A stretch of 64,000 bases of DNA from the human T2T-CHM13v2.0 reference genome, Homo sapiens: the NCBI RefSeq assembly GCF_009914755.1, contig NC_060939.1, one strand, 5' to 3'. A program made the position numbers and the translations under genes. Shown one piece after another: positions 13,371-27,810 of this stretch. Every line of letters begins with the position of its first letter. The first letter of the stretch is position 1. Below the pieces are notes generated by a model, which was given only the letters and a program-made list of their open reading frames with translations, was not told where the DNA came from and did not search any database.

Positions 13371-16254
13371 CCCAGAAAAAGAAACTTGCAAAAAAATAAT
13401 GTTTAAGTTAACGGAACTTCCAGAGTTGATGACTTTGAAGGAGGGGTGGGAGCAGCATGGCACCCTCACATGCCCACTGAGGCCACGTCGGAAAGCAGAT
13501 CCCTGGCCCAGGTCCCAGGGGCCTCCTTGGCAAGTGTACCTTGCAGAAGAGCCTGGCATATGAGGAAACATGTGGGTCCAGCGGCTTGACATGAGGCCTC
13601 TACTCTGAGTGCTGCCGAAGCAGCCTCCCTTCAGAGCACAATAGGGGTGAGGGGCATGGCGGAGATAGAGGGAGTTTCCTGCAGAGAGAGGCATGTCCCG
13701 AAAGCCAGTCCTGGAAAGTCTTCAACGAAATGGAAGACAAAGTACCAGAGATTTGTCCTCCTAACAAGCAGGATTGCCGTGGGGTTCCCCACACCCAGTG
13801 GGCCCAGGATTGGGGTCCTCAACATTGATTTCCCTGTGGCTGGTTAGGGGAAAGAAAGGCTTGACATGGTGGTCATAGCTCTGCCAGTGACTTCCTGTGT
13901 GACCCTGGCAATGTCCCTGAGCCTCCCTGCTCTCGGGCTTCCTTCAGCCTCTGGGAAACAAGCTGTGGGATCCCATCCCCACAAGGGGAGAATCAGTCCT
14001 GGTCTCCTTTGTCCAGGCCACCACATGCCACCAGGCCTCCCAGCCACCACAGCCCCAGCTACACAACTACCAGAGCCGAGATCCCAGCGGGAATGGTGCA
14101 TTGGGGGTTCATCCAGCTTTGTGTCCTTGCCCAGCCACAGCCCCGCCCAATCCACCTCTAAAACACCGGAGGTCCCAGCAACATAACATCCACACATGGG
14201 CAAAGAGCCACCTGCAGACCCTGTCCAGCCATGAGGACCACCACCCTCTGCTATCCTACCCGCACTCTGAGCCCCTCCCTTGGGCTTCATGTCAGAGCCA
14301 ACTTCCTCCCCAGCACTTACCCCTGAGCTCCAGCGCTCATCACACCAAGCAAACAAAGGCGCCTGTGGCCTGGGCCAGCCCAGGCTCTGCACCTTCGCTA
14401 GACCTCAAGACCTTGGCTGCAGCTGGCCCAAAGGCCCTGCAGATTCCGGGAATAGGCATGTCATCTCCCTACCCCACAACCCACGGCTGCTGTGTCCCCA
14501 CTGAAAACTCAGGCCCTGGGTCATTCCCCACTGCACCCATTTCGTTTAACCTTGCCCTGTCCTCTCGCGTCACTCCCTTCCATAAGCGGCCTGACCATTT
14601 GTGGCCAGGCACTGTGCACTCACTGTGGCCAGAGCTAAATTCCTGACCTGCTGATAAGCAGCAGACTGAGAGAGGTTCTTCTGTTATGGCTGGCCAGGAG
14701 TCTGGCCCAGGCCTGAGGCTAAACCTCACACTCGGAACCTTCGCACCCCTTTCCCTCTACAAAGTTCCCCTTGACCCAGATTCCACCTGACTAGGCTTCT
14801 CTCTCCTCTCCTTTAGCCAAGATCAGCAACTTGGCTGTTTCTACAGCTGAGTTGTTGCTGTTTCTGCTTCTCATTTCCCATTCACTTTTCAGTTTGTCCT
14901 CATCAAGCATCTACAGACAACACTCCCTAATGCCATTCCATCTGGCATTGTTAACCAGGCTCCTCCTGCACCTGTCACCCCTTCTTCAGGACAACCTCCT
15001 CCCAGGTCGTTGCCCCATCCCCCCCAGGGCTGGTGCTCCATGGGCTGTCTTTGGACAGCTTCTCTACTCACTGACACATTTCAGCCAGGCAGTGCTACTC
15101 ACTCCGCTACTTCAGCTGCTGCTGTAGGCTGAAAAGCCCAGGTCCCTCTTTCCCACCAAGACATCTGTCCTGATTTCCCACCTTGAATTCAGCTTGTCCA
15201 GAATGGAAACTCTTTGCTGTGGCCCCATATTCATTGCTCCTCCTTTTCTCGGACAATGGCTCCACCACCCACCCAGAGGCCCAGCTTGAAGCCTGGGTGT
15301 AGTAGCCTGGATTTCTCTTGCCTCCTCTTCCTGACTCTCCAACCCCCACATCCTGCCAGTCACCAATTCCTGCAGCTCCTTCCTTTTACCCCAGGCCCTC
15401 CTCCATTCCCACTCCAACCTCTCCCACACTCACGCCAGCCCCAATGCTCCACAACACTGCTTCCCATTCCAATCCATCCTGCATGCAGCTGCTGGGCTGT
15501 TCTTCCTAACATCAACCTCGGCACATTGCTCCCCTCCCCTTCAGTGGTCCCACTTCTCAGGGTGGAGCCCCTGCTCCTCAAGATGCCTGGCCCTCCCTCC
15601 CTCACCAGGCCCTGTCCACAACTTCCACACCCTTATGGCTCCCCGTTCCCGCCATGTCAAATGACTTGGTCCTTAAAAACACCTGGGAAAATGAATGGGT
15701 GGGTAAAGCTAGGATGCCCTTGAAGGTCCTTCAGTGTCTAACATTTGAGGAGTCAGCCTCACCACCCATCCATCCCCATTTGACAAATCGGACATAGACA
15801 GACGTGGGCATCCTGACTCCTTCCTTGGTTCTCTCAACTAGGCAACCTCTCTAAGTCACACAGTAAGCTCTTTTTCCCATAGAGGTTGGAATTTGTTCCC
15901 CCCGCTAGACTATGGACTCCTTGGAGCAGGGTCTGGGATTCACAGGACTTTGCCGCTTGGAGTGGGTCTTACACTTTTGGGAAGGAAGCCTTCTGGTAAC
16001 AAGTGGCCCCATCACTGAGCAGATCTGGGCACTTCAACACTACGCCAGTGTGGAGCCAAGGGCAGGTGCTCTTCCATCGGGATGTCCCCCAGTTACTTGC
16101 CCTCCTCAATGCCCAGAATTACCAGGCTATGTTCCCGTATCCCCAACCCAGCGTCTTCCTCACTTGAGGAGATGAGGACACAGCACCTGCTTCCAGATCT
16201 CTCATCAAGGAGAAAACAGAGCCCCCCACATCAGGACCCCGGCTCCAGACTCAC

Positions 16255-16427
16255 CATGTTCATGACGGTCAGGATGAACCTCTGGGCAGCCTCGGCCCCG
16301 TGGTACTGCACCATGTCGGCGTCGGCCACCACCAGGGTCTCCACCGTGTGCTCGCTGGTGAGCCGGATAGCGTTCCTCCGCTCCCGCCAGTCCCGCAAAG
16401 GCCTGCCCCACGTCGGCTTCTTCTTTT
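16255..16427 (-). CDS. ADAMTS17: ADAMTS17 internal coding exon (exon 4 by recall, 173 bp): end of propeptide, furin site RERR, start of metalloprotease domain
   Basis: Minus-strand acceptor ttttctag|AAAAG (AG at 16429-16428) and donor ATG|GTGAGT (16254-16249). Translation (E)[57 protein letters not shown] has the ADAMTS 'VETLVVAD..M...HG' signature. Local CpG enrichment. Confidence 0.96.
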
Positions 16428-17372
16428 CTAGAAAATGATGGAAACATTTGTGCGGTCCTTGGCTTACCGACTTCCAAAACCATGCAGTGAACAGGCCTTC
16501 TGTCAAGCCTGCCCGAGAGAGTGGTCAGTCTCGACAGGCCTAGAGGGGCCCAGCACCCAGCAATCTCCACCGTCATGTGGGTGCCCCGAGTTCACTCACG
16601 TAGAGGGGTGCTGGCCCAAAAGAAGGCTAACAGCTATGAGGCCAGATGAGGGGCCCACACCCAACTCCCACCACAGCTGGGGAGGCCAATGGGGCTGAGG
16701 GGAACAGAGGAGAAAACCCACCCCTTTAGAGAAGCACGGAGAGCTGCCAAGTACGCACAGAAAAGGAGGCCTGGACCCAGCGGGCAGGGGTCTGAAAGGC
16801 CACACCCAAGGTGGATAACTGGACCAAGGAAGCTGGGCGGAGGGGACAGGACACTCCCCTGGGGGCTGGCATACCAGTAACTCTTCTTGGACTCAGGAAT
16901 CAGGAGCCATAAATGTTGGTAGACACAAAAACACTATGTTTTTTAAAAAAATACATAATCAGAAGGAGAATCATACGACCCACATCCAGGCTAAAATGAA
17001 AACCTTCCCTTTCCTCACAATAGGGAAGGATTAGTAGTAGATGTGTGAGTAATTCTCCATTGATTCTCTAGATAACCTATATCCCTGTAAAATCTTACTT
17101 TGATAAACAGCTACTGTTATCAAAGAGCCCACACCTACAGGTCCAAATCTGCCATAGTCTTTGTACATGGAAACATCTCTGACCAACACAACAGGTTGAT
17201 ATGAACAGCATGCATTTTCAGAATCCGAATATAAACAGGAAGTCTCTCTCATTTGATAGTTATTTCCATGTTAGCACTAGCCTATATGGACACATCTCTG
17301 CTACACACAGTCTACATATGCACCAACCGGCTTCATAAAGTGACCCAATCATTCCAGGACCAAAACTGGATA

Positions 17373-17700
17373 CAGCAGGCCCTCTTTATCTGCAGGGGCT
17401 ATGTTCCAAGACTCCCAGTGGATCCCTGAAACCACAGATAGTACCGAGCCCTACATCTACTAGACTATGTTACGTCCTATGCATACATACCTACGATAAC
17501 GTGTCATTTATAAATTAGGCATAGTAAGAGATTTACATTAACGAATGGAATCATAACAATATACTGTACTAAAAGTTATGTGAATGAGGTCTCTCTCTCA
17601 AAATCGCTCATTGTACTGTACTCACCTATTTTTGATGCCTGGTTGACCGTGAATAAATGAAACTACGGAAAGTGAAACCACAGATAAGAGGTAACCACTG
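17373..17700 (-). mobile_element. MER44A (TcMar-Tigger non-autonomous DNA transposon)
   Basis: TA|cagcaggccctctttatc ... gataagaggtaaccactg|TA inverted termini; internal sequence matches recalled MER44A. Confidence 0.85.
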
Positions 17701-18848
17701 TATTACGAAATAATCTGAGATATGGGTCGTAATTTACAAACAAAAATGGCTATACAACACAATTACAATCACAAAAAGTGGCAAAAAAATGGAAATATAC
17801 AACTATAGATAAAGCCAACAACAGTAAAAAGGTATACAGCCATTAAAATCATACCACGAAGATGACTTAGAGATCTAGAGAAGCCGATATAAATCTGCAT
17901 GTATAGTTAGATCATGATTTTGCAAAAATCTTACATACAAGTATCTTCAGGCCCCAAAGGAAAATAAATACTAAAACACCTAGGAAGAACCAAAATATGA
18001 ATAGTGGTATGTGATCTTCGTTTTCCTATTTTCCTCTGTATTTTCCAGATTTATATAATATGCAGGTATTACTGTATTTTAAAGAAATATCATTGAGTTT
18101 GAGAAAAACACAGGCATCACTTTTAAACTCTAAACGATAAAACAGAAGCTCTCGAGGGAGAAAAGTATGCCATCTGATTTATCACAAAACTGCAAAATGA
18201 AGTCTTCTCAGCCCTGCAGGATGGGCCTCCTCCCTCAGAGCCAGGCCCATCTCCCCTGAAGCCTTCCGGGCCTCAGTGATGGAATAAGGGAAGAAAGCAT
18301 CCATTCTAACACAAAATCAAGGTCCTAGGTGGCTGTGCCTTTGCACATTGGCAGAAGGAAAGAGGCCGCTGGTGGAAAATCTAGTGACCTACCCCCACAC
18401 TCACCAGCCAGGTTATCTCTCACCTGACCAGCCTGGAATCTATGAAGATTCCTTCCTTGTTTCCATTTTAAAGGTGCAGAGCTGATGGGCCACCCAAGCA
18501 GGAGCTCTGTTGTAACCAGCACACCCTCGTTCTCCCAGGCGATCAGGTATGAGCCAAATGGCAGCCGCCGCCCTTCTCAAAGTCAGTGTTGATAATCCAT
18601 TTCTTTGAGTCACCATCTGCAGATGCTCCCCACGTTGGTTATTCGGTACTTGTTTTCACACCTTGTCGTATATTTTTAAGTTCTAGTACAGAAAGAGCTG
18701 CATTCCTAGCAGGGCCCACAGGACACATTAGGAGCCAGCTAGCATCAACATGTAAGAGCTGAGAGCTCTCTAAGAAAAGTAGCCTGTCACTCCCAGACCA
18801 GAGGGACAGGTTGTTCCTGGACACTTAACATTTCAAAATCCTGCACTG

Positions 18849-19159
18849 CACTGGGTACAGTGGCTCACGCCTGTAATCCCAGCACTTTGGAAGGCCAAGG
18901 AGGGCAGATCACTTGCGGTCAGGAGTTTGAGACCACCCTAGCCAACCTGGTGAAACCCCGTCTCTACTAAAATTACAAAAATTAGCCAGGCATGGTGGTG
19001 CGTGCCTGTAATCCCAGCCACTCGGGAGGCGAGGCAGGATAATTGCTTGAACCTGGGTAGCAGAGGTTGCAGTGAGCCAAGATCACACCACTGCAATCCA
19101 GCCTGGGCGACAGAGCAAGATTCCATCTTAAACAAACAAACAAACAAACAAACAAACAA
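18849..19159 (+). mobile_element. AluS with (AAAC)n tail
   Basis: Alu dimer; TSD aaaatcctg(c/t)actg. Confidence 0.92.
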
Positions 19160-21967
19160 AAAATCCTGTACTGGGTATGTGTCTTTCAAGTTTACAAAGA
19201 AAAACTTATAAGACCTGTGCCTCCCTAGGCCTTGGAGAGCTAACCTAACAGGGTGCCGTAAAGAGTGACACACTCTGAGTTAACACATACCCAGAATACT
19301 GAGTAACAGGTAAACGGGCAGGTGCGCTGTGGTTTTCACAAGCTTCCACTAATGACTGTCATTGGCTCCTTTCCCCCATTCCCTAGCACACAGGTGGGGG
19401 GAAATAAATGCTCACCCAAGGAATGCATGCAGTGGGTAAAGGGATGAATAATGACACTTGCTCAACAGCCCCATGTGAGTGCAGGGCAGAGCTTGCCACA
19501 AAATGAGTGTTGAAACCCCTGGATTTTGGAACTGCAGGCAAGAGACCGTGGACTTGCATTCCTTTCCAACGCAAGTGTCCTTCCTGGGGTGCTGGCAAGT
19601 GAGAACAGGAGCACTGAGGGGTGGGAGGCTAGAGGGCACCTTAGCCTTCTCCTCCCTCCCTGATCTCAACCACTCCCTCAGCAGAGACCCACAGCATCAT
19701 TTTTGATGGTCATTCCTTTTCCTACAGGGAGAAAAGAACCCTAATAAACTTTTACCTTTAATTCCCTAAACTGCAAAAATATGCTTGATAATGCTGCACA
19801 GATGCCAATATTCACAGATGATAGCAACTTCAAAAGTAAGAAGAAAAACACTAATTTCAGAATAACACATGTGCTGGATTCTGACCTCACCAGAGAGGTC
19901 AAAGTGCAGGTGGGTGGGCGTGTGGCCAGCCGGGGAGTGCTCCAAGCTCTGCTCGTGACCAGCTGTCTCCAGCTGCTGTGGGAATGAAGGGTGGCTCTCG
20001 CCCCGCTGATGAGGACATCGCAGTCAGGTCAGGCCTCAAGCCTTCTCCTGTTGTCACAGACACCAGGAAGCATTCTTGAAGGCAAGCCCAGCAGTTTCTT
20101 TTGCCAGCACCTTGCTGGAGGTGGTACTGACTTGGAAAATTTTCAGTCTCTGGCTTCATACTATTTTTCTTACATCTCTTTCCCTTTGCCTCAGTTATCC
20201 ATTAGAAAAGAAAATTTTATGTATTTATGTAAGATACCTCAAATCCTTCTGGAACAAGATGAAGAGAAAAAGACAGAAATGGACTTTTAGAATCTTCAAA
20301 TTACAATTTACTCTAGACGTTTGGGGACTGCCAAAAATGTTGAGCAAATATATAAACTGTCATTGTAGTTACTAGTTCTCCACTTTGAAAACTGAAAAAA
20401 TAAAAACAACAACTATCTCAACTGTGAATTATCAAAGCTCTGTATGGAACAGATACTCTTTAGTTTAGAAAGGATACAGTATCCAGGTATTTATTAGGGA
20501 AAAACAATACGTAGATCAAAAAATATTTGGCATGAAAATTCAAAACCACAACCCCTCTCAGAATTCCTTTACTTTCTGCTACACAAGAAGAATCTCTGCA
20601 TCTCAAATTCTACCAACGCCATTTCCAAGGAAGACCTGGGGAAGAGTTGAGTTGAATAGGCAAGGAGTAGCCTGCTCCTGCCACAGACTTCTGAAATCCT
20701 AGCTGCAGGAGATCCCATGACCCGCACGAATGCTTGAGCCGGCAGGGAGAGCTGCTGAGAGAGGTGGCAGGGGCAGGACTCCAGCCTGTGTGGAGCCCAG
20801 AGGGTTTTGCGTGGGAACAGGTACAGTGGAGCATGGCCATGGATGCCCAGCCCCCAAGTCTTACCAAGATCTTCTAGGTGGCTTCAGCCTTTGGGTGACT
20901 GCTGGACCTGCACAGACCAGGGTGGTCTTGCCCATAGGATGAGGACAGTCTGATCTGAGCACCACCCACCATGTGCCAGCCTCTCCTAGGGCCCCAGCAT
21001 GGTCACACCAGCTTCCAGCACAGCCTTCAATGCCCGAACAGGGTGCTTCCCAGGGGCGGCCCATCATAGCTCCTTCATGGGCAGATGGCAGCTAACCACT
21101 GGAGAGCTCCAGCAGACCAGCCTCCACCGACGCGACCAGCCCACAAGCAGCCTCTCCCACCACTTTGTCAGCAAACACTCACCCACAGATCTCTCCCACT
21201 GCTTTGCCGGCACACACGTATTGGCAGACTTCACCCTCCCTCCCCGCAAAACGTGAATGTGCATGTGCACCCTGCTGCCCTACCACTGATGGCAGAGCCC
21301 ATCCCACCGCCCTACGCACCTCCACTGGGACTCCACTGCTGCTGAGGCACAGGCAGTCTGACATGCCACCGTGGCTGCTGGCACATATGAGCAAGCACAG
21401 ATCCCACTTCCACCGCTCCTATGAAGTACTGTGGCCAGCACCCCACATCGAAGTGTTGGGGCCAGCAGACCGGGAACACCTCAGCCTCTCCAGTGCATCA
21501 GGTTACTAACTGCAGGGGACCAGAAAACAAAGCTGGGAAACTCATACCGGCACCTCAGAGTTAAAGCACAGAGCCCATGGGTGCTGAGCTGAGCCTTAGC
21601 CCTCTGAAATCTTCCAGAATAGAAGCCAGTCAGCTGAGTTCACCTTATACCACAATCAAATGCCTAAGGGCATCAAAAAAAACCCATCCAAAGGACAGCA
21701 ACTTCAAAGAGTAAAGGAACATCAGCCCATGCAGACGGGAAAAATACAGTATAAACACACTGGCAACTCAAAAAGCCAGAGTGTCTTACCTCCAAATGAC
21801 CACACTAGATGGTTCTTAACCAGGCTGAAATGACAGACACAGAATTCAGAATATGGAGAGCAATAAAGATCACTGAGATTCAGGAGAAAGTTGAAACCCA
21901 ATCTAAGGAATACAAAATGATACAGGAGCTAAAAGATGAAACGGCCATTATAAGAAAGATCTGATGG

Positions 21968-22250
<283 letters not shown>

Positions 22251-24546
22251 TCACTACAAGAATTTCATAATGCAATCGCAAGTACTAACAGCAGGATACA
22301 CCAAGTTGAGGAAGGAATCACAGAGTTCGAAGACTGGTTCTCTGAATTAACTCAGGCAGACAAGCTAAAGAAAAAAAGAATGAATAAAACCTCAAGAAAT
22401 ATGGAATTATGTAAAGAGACCAAATCGATCAGCCGTTGGCATCCTTGAAAGAGAAGGAGAGAAAGCAAGCAACAGGGAAAACATATTTGAGGATATCATC
22501 CATGAAAATTCCCCCAACCTCACTAGAGAGGACAACATTCAAATTCAGGAAATAGAGAACCCCTGAAAGATCCTATACAAGATGACCATCCCCAAGACAC
22601 ACAGTCATCAGATTCTCCAAGGTTGACATAAAATAAAGAATATTAAAGGCAACTAGGGAGAAGAGGTAGGTCACCTACGAAGGGAACCCCATCAGGCTAA
22701 CAGCAGACCTTTCAGCAGAAATTCTATAAGCCAGGAGAAATTACAGGCCTGTACTCCAATCAAGAACTTGATATCCAGCCAAATTAAGCTTCATACGTGA
22801 AAGAGAAATAAGATCCTTTTCACCAAAGCAAATGCTAAGGGAATTTAATACCACCAGACCTGCCTTACAAGATGTCCTTAAGGGACTGTTAAATATGGAA
22901 AGGAATGACTGTTAATGGCCACCACAAAAACGCACTTAAGTAGATAGCCATTGACACTATAAAGCAACTACACAATCAAGTCTATGTAATAACCAGCTAG
23001 CAACATGATGACAGGAAGAAATCTGTATATATCGATATTAGCTTTGAATATAAACAAACTAAAGGCCCCAGTCAAAAGTCACAAAGTGACAAGTTGGATA
23101 AAGAAGCAAGAAACAACTGTATGCTGTCTTCAAGAGACCCATCTCACATGCAGTGACACCCACAGGATCAGAGTAAAGGGATGGAGAAACATCTACCAAG
23201 TAAATGGAAAACAAAACAAAACAAAAAAGCAAGAGTTGCTATTCTAATTTCAGACAAAACAGGCTTTAAGCCAACAATAATTTTTTAAAAAGACAAAGAA
23301 GGGCATTACATAATGGTAAAGGGTTCAATTCAACAAGAACACTTAACTATTCCAAATATATATGCACCCAACACAGAAGCAGATTCATAAAACAAGTTCT
23401 TAGAGACCTACAAAGAGACACAGATAATACATAGTAACAGCTGGAGACTTCAACACCCTACTGACAGTATTACATAGATCATCAAGGCAGAAAACTAATA
23501 AAGATATTCAGGACGTGAACTCAACACTTGACCAAATGGATCTAACAGACAACTACAAAACTCTCCGCCCAAAAGCAACAGAGTATACATTCTTCTCATC
23601 TGCACATGCCACATACTCTAAAATCTACCACACAATCAGCCATAAGACAATTCTCAGCACATTCACAAAAAACCCAAAATTATATCAGTCACACTGTCAG
23701 AACAGTGCAATAAAAATAGAAATCAATACTAAGAAGATCACTCAAAACCATACAATTACATGGAAATTAAACAAGCTGCACCTGGAAACAGTGAAATTAA
23801 GGCAGAAATCAATGAATTTTTTGAAACTAATGAGAAAAAAGATACAACATACCAAAATCTTTGAGAGACAGCTAAAGCAGAAAATGAAGTTATTTAAATG
23901 CCAAATGCTCTCATCAAAAAAGTCAGAAAGATATGAAATTAATGATCTGACATCACACCTTGAGGAACTAGAAAAACAAGAGTAAACCAACCTCAATGCT
24001 AGCAGAAGACAAGAAATAACCAAAATCACAGCTGAACTGAATAAAATTGAGACATGAAAAACAAAAGATCAACAAAACCGGAGCTTTGTTCTTTGAAAGA
24101 GTAAATAAGATTGGTAGACCTCTAGCTAGACCAATAAAAAAAGAGAAGATCCAAATAAACCCAATCATAAATGACAAAGGGGACATTACCACTAACTCCA
24201 CAGAAATACAAAAAACTTTTAAAGACTACTATGAACACCTCTATGCACACAAACTAGAAAACCTGGAAGAAACTGATGAATTCCTGGAAACATCCATTCT
24301 CCCAAAATTGAATCAGGAAGAAACTGAATCCCTGAAAAAACCAAGTTCCAAAATTGAATCAGTAATAAAAAGCCTACCAACCAGAAAAAGCCCAGGACCA
24401 GACAGATTCACAGCCAGATTCTACCAGATGTATAAAGAAGAGCTGGTACCATTCCTACTAAAAGCATTATGAAATATGAAGGAGGAGGGACTCCTCCCTA
24501 ACTCATTCTATATGGTCAGCATCATTCTGATGCCAAAACCTTGCAG

Positions 24547-24571
24547 ACACACACATACACACATACACACA

Positions 24572-24598
<27 letters not shown>
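24547..24598. repeat. Interrupted (CA)n microsatellite in L1 ORF2
   Basis: Visible. Confidence 0.95.
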
Positions 24599-24602
<4 letters not shown>

Positions 24603-27028
24603 AAGGCCAATGTCCTTGATGAACACAGATGCAAAAATCTTCAACAAAATACTAGCAAACTGAATCCAGCAACACATCAAAACCTAATTCACCATGATCA
24701 ACCAGGCTTTATTCCTGGGATGCAAGGTTGGTTCAACATATGCAAATCAATAATTGTGATTCATCGCATAAACAGAAATAAAACCCAAAGCCATATAATC
24801 ATCTCAATAGATGCAGAAAAAGGCTTGTGATAAAACTCCACATCCCTTTATGTTAAAAACCCTCCACAAACTACATATTGAAGGAGCATACCTCAAAATA
24901 GTAAGAGCCATCTATGACAAACCCACCGCCCATCATACTCAATGGGCAGAAGCTGAAAGCATTCCGCTTGAGAACTGTAACAAGACAAGGATGCCCACTC
25001 TCATGGCTCCTACTCAACCTAGTACTGGAAGTCCTAGCCAGAGCATTCAGGCAAGAGAAAGAAATAAAAGACATCATACAGGAAGAGAGTAAGTCAAACC
25101 ATCTCTGCTTGCAGACGTTATGATTTTACAACTAGAAATCCCATAATCTCTACCCCCAAAAGCTCCTAGATCTGATAACTCCAGCAAAGTTTCAGATATA
25201 TAATCAATGCACAAAAATCAGTAGCATTTCTATATACCAATGACATCCAAGATGAGTGCAAATCAATGCAATCCCACTAACAATAACAACAACAAAAAAT
25301 AAAATACCCAGGAATAAGGCTAACCAAGGACACGCAAAATCTCTACAGTGAGAACTACAAAACACTTCTCAAAGAAATCAGAGATGACACAAACAAATGG
25401 AAAATCATTCCATGGTCTTGGATAGGAAGAAACAATATTGTTAAAATAGCCATAGTGTCCAAAGCAATTTATAGATTCAATGTTATTCCTATCAAACTAC
25501 CAAAGACATTCTTCACAGGATTAGAAAAAAACTATTCTAAAATTCATATGGAACCAGGAAAGAGCCTGAATAGCTAAAGCAATTCTAAGCAAAAAGAACA
25601 AAGAAGGAGGCATGACATTACCGGACTTTACATACTACAAGGCTAGAGTAACCAAAACAGCATGGCACTTGTACAAAAACAGACACATAGACCAATGGAA
25701 CAGAATAGAGAGCCCAGAAATAAAGCTGCACACCTACAACTACCTGATCTCTGAAAAAGACAACAAAAACAAGCACTAGGGAAAGGACTTTCTATTCAAT
25801 AAATGGTGCTGAAATAACTTATTTGCAGAAGATTAAAATTGGACCCCTTCCTCTCACCATATACAAAAATTAACTCGGGATGGATTAAATGCTTAAATGT
25901 AAAACCTAAAACTATAAAAACTCTGGAAAAAAACCTAGGAAATACCATTCTATACATAGGCCCTCCTTACCAAAGATTTCATGACAAAGATGCCAAAAGC
26001 AATTGCAACAAAAACAAAAATTGACAAATGGGGCCTAATTAAACCAAAGAGCCCTTGCACAGCAAAAGAACCTATCAACAGAATAAACACACAACCCACA
26101 GACTGAGAGGAAATATTTGCAAACTATGTATCTGACACAGATCTAATATACAGAATCTATAAGGAATGCAAATTAACAAGCACAAAACAAATCCCATTAA
26201 AAAGTGGGCAAAGGACAGGAACAGATACTTTTCAAAAGAAGACATACACGTGGCCAATAACCATATGAAAAGTTACTCAACATCACTAATCATCAGAGGA
26301 ATGCAAACCAAAACCACAATGAGATACCATCTCATACCAGTTAGAATGGCTATTGTTAAAAAGTAAAAAACTAGCAGATGCTGGCGAGGTTGTAGAGAAA
26401 AGGAAATGCTTTATACACTGCTGGTGGAAATGTAAATTAGTTTCAGCTACTATGAAAATAAATTTGGAAATTTCTCAAAGAATTTTAACACAGAACTACC
26501 ATTCAACCCATTATTGAGTATATACCCAAAGGAATATAAATCATTCTAACAGGATGACCCATGCACGTGTATGTTCATCACAGCACGATTCACAATAGCA
26601 AAAACCTGGAATCAATCTAGATGCCTATCAATGGTAGACTGGTAAACAAAATGTGGTACATATACACCAGGAAATACTATACAGCCATAAAAAAGAATGA
26701 GATCATGTCCTCTGCAGCACATGGATGGAGCGAAAGGCCATCATCCTAAGCGAACTAACACCAGAACAGAAAACCAAATACTGCAAGTTCTCATTTATAA
26801 GTGGGAGTTAAACACTCAGTACACATGGCCACAAAGAAGTGAACGACCTATCGGGTACTATGCTTATTTACCTAGGTGATGAAATAATATGTACACCAAA
26901 CCCCCACGATGCGATTTATTTGTGTAACAAACCTGCACATGTACCCCTGAAACTAAAATAAAAGTTAAAAAAGAAAAGAAAATACAAATATACCAACTAA
27001 AGGTCAACACGGTAGCTCTCGTGATAAA

Positions 27029-27650
27029 AATTATGAGACACTCACCCCGTGTGGAATCACGAGAGACGCTCAGCCCGTGGGGAGTCACGAGAGACGCTCA
27101 GCCCGTGGGGAGTCACGAGAGACGCTCAGCCCGTGGGGAGTCACGAGAGACGCTCAGCCCGTGGGGAGTCACGAGACACGCTCACCCCGTGGGAAACTAC
27201 GAGACACGCTCACCCCGTGGGGAATCACGAGACACGCTCACCCCGTGGGGAATCACGAGAGACGCTCACCCCGTGAGAAACTATGAGAGACGCTCAGCCC
27301 GTGAGAATCTACGAGAGACACTCAGCCCGTGTGAAACTACGAGAGACACTCAGCCCGTGTGGAATTACGAGAGACACTCACCCCGTGTGAAATTACGAGA
27401 GATGCTCACCCCGTGTGAAATTACGAGACACACTCACCCTGTTAGAGACACTCACCCCGTGTTAGAGACACTCACCCCGTGTGAAATTATGAGAGATACT
27501 CACCCCGTGTGAAATTATGAGAGACACTCACCCCGTGTGAAATTATGAGAGACACTCACCCCGTGAGAAATTATGAGAGACACTCACCCCGTGTGAAATT
27601 ATGAGAGACACTAACCCCGTGTGAAATTATGAGAGATACTAACCCCATGT
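27029..27650. repeat. 28-bp minisatellite, ~22 copies
   Basis: Units range from gagagacgctcagcccgtggggagtcac to gagagacactcaccccgtgtgaaattat. Confidence 0.97.
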
Positions 27651-27679
27651 GCACAGAACTGCCCACCAAGCACTGAGTC

Positions 27680-27810
27680 AGGACTACATCCCATTCTACA
27701 GATGTGCAAACTGAGGCACAAGGAGATTTGTTAACTATCTTGCCCAACACCACTAACCTAGTTGACTGGGATTCCAGCCCAGGCATCCTTATCACCATTC
27801 ATTCTGCCCT
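27680..27810 (-). mobile_element. MIR fragment
   Basis: atcccattctacagatgtgcaaactgaggcaca core. Confidence 0.75.

Noticed and set aside
16428-16506. Upstream extension of the exon ORF (MTEGLF...)
   Set aside because: Intronic read-through beyond the splice acceptor with no ADAMTS similarity
23005-26366. ORFs with L1 endonuclease/RT similarity
   Set aside because: Fragmented by stops and frameshifts; dead L1
27021-27512. 163-aa repetitive ORF and overlapping ORFs
   Set aside because: Translation of the 28-bp minisatellite
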